Shown here: positions 30,141 to 34,668 of the stretch, one piece after another
How positions within the stretch are numbered: position 1 is the first letter of the stretch
Layout of the letters: every line of letters begins with the position of its first letter
Source of the DNA: Candidatus Tenderia sp.
GTDB taxonomy: Bacteria; Pseudomonadota; Gammaproteobacteria; Tenderiales; Tenderiaceae
Reading direction: 5' to 3'
NCBI GenBank assembly: GCA_030148045.1
Contig: JASBUE010000169.1
Span: 1-34,668, forward strand
DNA length: 34,668 bases
Translations under genes and position numbers: made by a program
The notes under the pieces: model-generated
What the model was told of the DNA's origin: nothing
Seen by the model: only the letters and a program-made list of their open reading frames with translations
Databases searched by the model: none

Positions 30141-30425
30141 TCAAGCAGCTTCAAAAGGTATTTGCGCGAGCCATCGTTGATAATGGTGAAAACTGACACC
30201 GATGCCGCGGTCATCGCCGTGCACCACATAGGTGCCGATACGAATCACCTCCGCGGTAGCGTCGTCCTGCTGGGTAAAAATCAGATCGATCTCAGTTGAC
30301 GGCGGGACAACGAACAGGCCGGTATCGATACAGGCCCCTCAAAGCCGGTATCGCGCGTCTCACAACGCAGCCCCCAACCCCTCGTAGTGCAGCAATACCT
30401 CCTGCCGACTCCAACGACGCTCCAT
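30141..30425 (-). pseudogene. PilZ-like small protein gene interrupted by two in-frame TGA codons
   Basis: My own translation from the ATG at 30425 (GAGGAGG SD 4-5 nt upstream) gives MERRWSRQEVLLHYEGLGAAL*DARYRL*GACIDTGLFVVPPSTEIDLIFTQQDDATAEVIRIGTYVVHGDDRGIGVSFHHYQRWLAQIPFEAA*. It has the RxxxR motif, a D.G.FV segment and a GIGVSF end, as in single-domain PilZ proteins. The internal stops are at 30360-30362 and 30339-30341. Confidence 0.45.
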
Positions 30426-30543
30426 GGTACCTCCTCGGCACAACAATCAGGTCGCCCCGCAGTATAGGCTTAACCAGCATATCACTCAAATCAAATATAC
30501 TCATAAGATTCAATCACATACTTTTTAAATTTGAGTAATATCC

Positions 30544-30563
30544 AAAAAAAAAGGGGGGGGGGG
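30544..30563. repeat. A9G11 homopolymer tract in a divergent intergenic region
   Basis: Counted directly: A at 30544-30552 and G at 30553-30563. Confidence 0.9.
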
Positions 30564-30681
30564 CGACACCCGCTATTAGCGATAGCACGCGCATGAGCCA
30601 CAGCCGCGTCACCACCAAACCTCCGCCGCCCCCCTGTCGCGGACAGGGAGCCCCCTTGATCCCGACGACGGCGCGGCGGAG

Positions 30682-30690
30682 TGGTACAAT
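30682..30690 (+). promoter_or_regulatory. extended -10 promoter candidate (TGgTACAAT) for the AEC transporter gene
   Basis: TGGTACAAT lies 45 nt upstream of the ATG at 30735. There is no well-spaced -35 (TTGATC is 23 nt away). Confidence 0.3.
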
Positions 30691-30734
30691 CGGCGGCAAT
30701 TCAAGCGGCTGCAGCCCTAACCCACTAATTTTTT

Positions 30735-31655
30735 ATGTTCGACGTCTTCACCCAAATGGCCGCCCTGATCGCCAGCGGCGTCGCCTGGCGCATCTGGACC
30801 CCGCTGGGCATCCCTGCCGACACCTCGCGCCAGTCGCTTACCGGCTTGGTCTACGTGCTGCTGCTGCCGGCGCTGGTGCTGGATGTATTGTGGAGTTCGC
30901 CGCTGGGGCTGGATTCGCTGCGCATTTCCGCCACTGCCGTCAGCGGCATCCTGGTCTGCATGCTGCTGGCCTGGCTGATCTATCGTTACGCCTACAAGCA
31001 GTGCTCAAAACCCACTGCCGGGGCACTGATCCTGGCGGCAGCCTTCCCCAACGCCACCTATATGGGGCTGCCGGTGCTGGAGCATCTGTTGGGACCGGAG
31101 GCGCGCGCCATCGCCATCCAGTACGACCTGTTCGCCTGCACGCCCGTCCTACTGAGTATCGGCATCCTGATGGCGACGCTCCACGGCGATCACAATGAGA
31201 AGTTCCACCCGCTGGCCACCCTGGTGCGGGTGCCGCCGCTGTGGGCCGCCATTCTGGCGGTCGGCCTCAACAGCGCCGGTGTACCCATGCCCGAGTGGCT
31301 GGACGAATGGCTGGGCATGCTGGGCATTGCCGTCATTCCGCTGATGCTGATCTCCCTGGGCATGAGCCTGCAGTGGTCGGCCTGGCGCCGCCACACCCTG
31401 CCCCTGCTGCTGCCGGTGGTAGTGTTGCAGCTCGCCGTCATGCCGCTGATCGCCACCCTGGTGGGCGGCCGTATCGGGCTGGACGGCATGACCCTGACCG
31501 GCACCATCCTGGAAGCCGCGCTGCCGAGCATGGTCCTGGGCCTGGTGCTGTGCGACCGCTACGGCCTACACACCAGCCTCTATGCCCTGGCCGTCACCGT
31601 CACCACCGTCGTCAGCCTGGTCACCATCCCCATCTGGTTCAGCTGGGCCAGTTAG
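30735..31655 (+). CDS. AEC (auxin efflux carrier) family transporter
   Basis: 306 aa, about 10 TM helices. LLPALVLDVLW and AAFPNATYMGLPVLEHLLG are typical of the membrane transport protein (Mem_trans) family. Confidence 0.85.
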   Translation: MFDVFTQMAALIASGVAWRIWTPLGIPADTSRQSLTGLVYVLLLPALVLDVLWSSPLGLDSLRISATAVSGILVCMLLAWLIYRYAYKQCSKPTAGALILAAAFPNATYMGLPVLEHLLGPEARAIAIQYDLFACTPVLLSIGILMATLHGDHNEKFHPLATLVRVPPLWAAILAVGLNSAGVPMPEWLDEWLGMLGIAVIPLMLISLGMSLQWSAWRRHTLPLLLPVVVLQLAVMPLIATLVGGRIGLDGMTLTGTILEAALPSMVLGLVLCDRYGLHTSLYALAVTVTTVVSLVTIPIWFSWAS

Positions 31656-31668
31656 GTAAACAGGCGGC

Positions 31669-32349
31669 ATGCATCATCAACATCGACAAAAATGCAGGCG
31701 CTTGCTAAGTCGGGGCATTGTGCTCTTCAGTGCCCCCTTGGCCGTTGCGGCGGCGGCCGATTACCCCTTCTATTTCGAACTGGAGCTGGAACAGCAGCAC
31801 ATCCCGCTGGAAGATAATACCCGCCTGGAGGCCAGCAGCCTTGGCCTGAGCTATCGGGAATTTCTTGCGCGGGGGATCGGGCTGGAATTGCGCCTGGGCC
31901 GCCTGGGGGCGGAGCATGAAACGGACGGCACCCCCCCGACCTTCGATCCCTCCGGCTATTATGCCGGGCTGGGATTTAACAGCCGCACGGCGGAACGCAA
32001 CCGGCTCCAGGCCGGTTTCGATCTGGAATACAGCTATTACGACAGCCGCGAAGCGCTGGATGCCGGCACTCTGGAAATAGACTGGACCCAGGGCGAGGCC
32101 AGGCTGTGGGCGGCGCTGCGCCTGGGCAACCGCTTCAAACTCTATGGTTGCGTCTTCGCCCTCAGCGTGGACGGCGATCAAAAACTGAAGGGGACGGCGT
32201 CCTCGCGGCAAACGCTGAATAATCGGGAGGACAGCGGCCGGTGCGCCGGCATTATCCTGGAAACCCCGGCGTCCGGCGTGGTCGGCCTCGAGGGCAGCGG
32301 CGGCGCCCGCCGGGGCGGGCGGATCTATTTCGGCAAGTATTTCTGGTAG
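31669..32349 (+). CDS. putative small outer-membrane beta-barrel protein (hypothetical)
   Basis: Signal-peptide-like N-terminus (RRLLSRGIVLFSAPLAVAAAA), alternating hydrophobic/polar strands, C-terminal aromatic signature YFGKYFW. Confidence 0.55.
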   Translation: MHHQHRQKCRRLLSRGIVLFSAPLAVAAAADYPFYFELELEQQHIPLEDNTRLEASSLGLSYREFLARGIGLELRLGRLGAEHETDGTPPTFDPSGYYAGLGFNSRTAERNRLQAGFDLEYSYYDSREALDAGTLEIDWTQGEARLWAALRLGNRFKLYGCVFALSVDGDQKLKGTASSRQTLNNREDSGRCAGIILETPASGVVGLEGSGGARRGGRIYFGKYFW

Positions 32350-32359
32350 ACACCGGGCG

Positions 32360-33082
32360 CTAAAACGCCAATCCCAACTTGAGATTGTAGGAGGCGATCC
32401 CACCCACCGAGTCGCGCTCGAAGGCCAGCTTGATAAACCCCGGCTGCAGGGAAAAACCGATGAAGGTGCGGGTCTCGGCAATGTCCACCGCCTTCAGGTT
32501 ATTCGGTGAACTCGTGGTCGGCGTGCTGTCGGCCCAGACCCGGCCGATCCCGGCGTAGGGGGTCAGAATCAGGATGGACTTGGAGATGCTGACATCGATG
32601 CTGCGGGTGTCGACCTCGAGCTGATCATCCGCCGTAAGGGCGGTGAAACCACCGCGCAGGGCCACCGCCGGCAGGGCCACATTGCCACTGACGATGGCGT
32701 ATTTGAGTTCGGCGCCCCAGGCCTCGATATTGGAATCGGGCACGGTGAAATAAAAGGCGCCCACGTCGATATCGAAGGGCAAGCCTTTTTGCACATACAG
32801 CTTGGGCACGACCAAGGTGTCGATGGTGTCATTCGAACTCATGGCCGCGGTCCAGGCACTCCCGTATTCCAGATCGGTGGAGGTGACAGCGACCCCGACA
32901 TCGAAACCGATCACCACGAGGGCTTCGGCCGGCGCACCGGCCTTGTAGCTGAAGGCGGCCGTCAGGTCTTGGGAAAGCCCCTCGAACTGGGCCTGATCCA
33001 GGTTGGCGATGTTGTCCAGGTCATCCGCCGACACTACCGTTGCACCCAGTGACAGCAGGACTGCCGCAGCCCATCGTTTCAT
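32360..33082 (-). CDS. putative outer-membrane beta-barrel protein (hypothetical)
   Basis: Likely start at the ATG at 33082 (MKRWAAAVLLSLGATVVSADD signal peptide), amphipathic beta-strand pattern, C-terminal YNLKLGLAF ending in Phe. Confidence 0.6.
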   Translation of the reverse strand: MKRWAAAVLLSLGATVVSADDLDNIANLDQAQFEGLSQDLTAAFSYKAGAPAEALVVIGFDVGVAVTSTDLEYGSAWTAAMSSNDTIDTLVVPKLYVQKGLPFDIDVGAFYFTVPDSNIEAWGAELKYAIVSGNVALPAVALRGGFTALTADDQLEVDTRSIDVSISKSILILTPYAGIGRVWADSTPTTSSPNNLKAVDIAETRTFIGFSLQPGFIKLAFERDSVGGIASYNLKLGLAF

Positions 33083-33186
33083 GCTCAATCCCCTTAAACT
33101 TGTAGCCATGCCCGGTTCTCTGGGCTAAGCTGGTTGCGCTTCGAAATTCGCTCACTATGCCACATTTAAATAGACGGGAGGTAGGG

Positions 33187-34143
33187 ATGAGTTACTACAA
33201 GGACAACTCGCAATCGATTGGCAACACGCCGCTGGTTCGGATCAACAAGATTATCGGCGACAGCCGGGCGACCGTACTGGGCAAGATCGAAGGGCGCAAC
33301 CCGGCCTATTCGGTCAAGTGCCGTATCGGCGCCTCCATGATCTGGGATGCCGAAGAGCGTGGCGCGCTGAGACCGGGCATGGAGATCATCGAACCCACCA
33401 GCGGCAACACCGGCATCGCGCTGGCCTTCGTCGCCGCGGCACGCGCTTACCCGGTCACCCTGACCATGCCCGAGACCATGAGCATCGAGCGGCGCAAGGT
33501 CATGAAGGCGCTGGGCGCCAAGCTGGTGTTGACCGAGGGCGCCAAGGGCATGCCGGGCGCCATCGCCCGGGCCGAGGAGCTGGTGGCGGAAAATCCGGAT
33601 AAATACTTCATGCCGCAACAGTTCAGCAATCCCGCCAACCCGGATATTCATGAAAAGACCACCGGGCCGGAGATCTGGCGCGACACCGACGGCCAGGTGG
33701 ACGTGGTGGTGGCCGGCGTCGGCACCGGCGGCACTATCACCGGTGTGTCACGCCACATCAAGAAAACGCAGCGCAAGCAGATCGTCTCCGTGGCGGTGGA
33801 GCCCGAGGCCAGTCCCGTCATCTCCCAGACCCTGGCCGGAGAGGAGGTCAGACCCGCGCCACACAAGATCCAGGGCATCGGCGCCGGTTTCGTGCCCGCC
33901 AATCTGGACCTGGAACTGGTCGACCGGGTGGAAACGGTGAGCAACGAGGAGGCCGTTGAATACGCCCGCCGTCTGGCCGCCGAAGAAGGCATTCTGGTCG
34001 GCATCTCCAGTGGCGCGGCCATCGCCGTGGCCAAACGGCTGGCACAGTCGCCGGAATTCGCCGGCAAGACCATTGTCACCATCCTGCCCGATTCGGGCGA
34101 GCGTTACCTCTCATCCATCCTGTTCGAGGATATCGAGGCATAA
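33187..34143 (+). CDS. cysK: cysteine synthase A (O-acetylserine sulfhydrylase)
   Basis: [20 protein letters not shown] (PLP lysine), [21 protein letters not shown] and [12 protein letters not shown] at 33187 with a GGGAGG SD. Confidence 0.92.
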   Translation: MSYYKDNSQSIGNTPLVRINKIIGDSRATVLGKIEGRNPAYSVKCRIGASMIWDAEERGALRPGMEIIEPTSGNTGIALAFVAAARAYPVTLTMPETMSIERRKVMKALGAKLVLTEGAKGMPGAIARAEELVAENPDKYFMPQQFSNPANPDIHEKTTGPEIWRDTDGQVDVVVAGVGTGGTITGVSRHIKKTQRKQIVSVAVEPEASPVISQTLAGEEVRPAPHKIQGIGAGFVPANLDLELVDRVETVSNEEAVEYARRLAAEEGILVGISSGAAIAVAKRLAQSPEFAGKTIVTILPDSGERYLSSILFEDIEA

Positions 34144-34186
34144 AAAAACGGGGCGGGGGCTCCTACTAGAGCCCCCGCCCCGTTTT
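34144..34186. terminator. strong bidirectional rho-independent terminator between cysK and the HDOD gene
   Basis: 14-bp perfect GC-rich stem CGGGGCGGGGGCTC / GAGCCCCCGCCCCG (34149-34162 / 34169-34182) with a 6-nt loop, an A-run on the 5' side and TTTT on the 3' side. Confidence 0.75.
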
Positions 34187-34203
34187 CGTGCCTACATTGA
34201 ATT

Positions 34204-34668
34204 CTAAGCGTGGCGTACGATAGGCTGAATCATGGCCCACGACTCGGCAAACAACGGCCCTGCCTCATCACGGATCTCATCCATCCTCGCTTCACTCAGC
34301 CCGGTGATCTGCCAGGCCAGGGGATCGACCTCGGGCACGGGCCCCAGGTGATCCGCAGACAGTTCGGCGCGGTTGGCCATGACATTGGCGATATGCACGA
34401 TCGCCGCATCCAGGCGCGCCTCCTCGGCCTGGCCGGGATTGTGATGACAGGCCACGGCCTCACACAGGGCGGCGGGGATATTCCATTGCTGCAACAAGGC
34501 CCGTCCGACCTCGGCGTGATCAAAACCGAACAGCTCCCGCTCCACCTCCGGCAACGCCCGCGCCTCGTCCTCGGACCGATGCAGCGCAACCCTCTCCTGC
34601 TCGGGGGCGCGATTCATCATCACCAGCATCCCGACGTCGTGCAGCAGGCCGGCCACGAACAGGCGTTC
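34204..34668 (-). CDS. HDOD domain-containing signalling protein (N-terminus outside the window)
   Basis: GLLHDVGMLVM, ERELFGFDHAEVGRALLQQWNIP and ACHHNP motifs are typical of HDOD. The ORF runs off the right edge. Confidence 0.8.
   Translation of the reverse strand, partial: ERLFVAGLLHDVGMLVMMNRAPEQERVALHRSEDEARALPEVERELFGFDHAEVGRALLQQWNIPAALCEAVACHHNPGQAEEARLDAAIVHIANVMANRAELSADHLGPVPEVDPLAWQITGLSEARMDEIRDEAGPLFAESWAMIQPIVRHA

Noticed and set aside
30339-30362. Reading the two in-frame TGA codons of the PilZ-like ORF as selenocysteine.
   Set aside because: There is no convincing SECIS-type stem-loop immediately 3' of either UGA. Two Sec residues six codons apart in a PilZ fold have no precedent that I know of. 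A pseudogene or sequencing error is more parsimonious.
30632-30648. Short hairpin CCCTGTC-GCG-GACAGGG, and possible ncRNA in the 30564-30734 leader.
   Set aside because: It is a single 7-bp stem with no conserved riboswitch-like features that I can recognise, and no terminator-like U-run.
30292-30699. Small ORFs 30292..30513 (-), 30296..30538 (+) and 30514..30699 (-) in the amt/AEC intergenic region.
   Set aside because: They have no SD, odd composition and no motifs. The 30292..30513 ORF is merely an alternative frame across the PilZ-like locus.

Overview
This is a GC-rich chromosomal segment, by gene content and synteny from a gammaproteobacterium; the organism was not identified. It is densely packed with core housekeeping genes. 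I saw no tRNA or rRNA gene, CRISPR array, transposase, integrase other than xerC, or phage module.

Conserved blocks in order:
- dapF(3' end)-DUF484-xerC
- a CPA2 antiporter split by an in-frame TAG
- purEK
- a Lys/Ala-rich histone-H1-like protein next to a visibly AT-rich scar
- rlmH-rsfS-nadD-proA, sdaA, holA-lptE-leuS
- lnt-corC-ybeY-phoH-miaB
- amt with a sigma54/NtrC-type control region
- an AEC transporter, two convergent small outer-membrane beta-barrel ORFs, cysK, and a truncated HDOD gene

The most interesting locus is a phosphate/polyphosphate cluster (about 14.9-22.7 kb): psiE-family, DUF1451 zinc ribbon, sixA-like phosphatase, CHAD-domain protein, orphan ParA-type ATPase and ppx, convergent with ppk1. 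The parA start overlaps the CHAD stop in an ATGA junction. A TGTCATAAT (Pho-box-like) motif lies upstream of both the CHAD-parA-ppx unit and ppk1. I propose CHAD+ParA as a candidate polyphosphate-granule positioning module; this is inference only.

Secondary oddities:
- a PilZ-like ORF missing from the ORF track because of two in-frame TGA codons
- an A9G11 homopolymer in a divergent promoter region
- a short remnant of a second antiporter gene

All family calls rest on motif recognition by eye. No searches were run.
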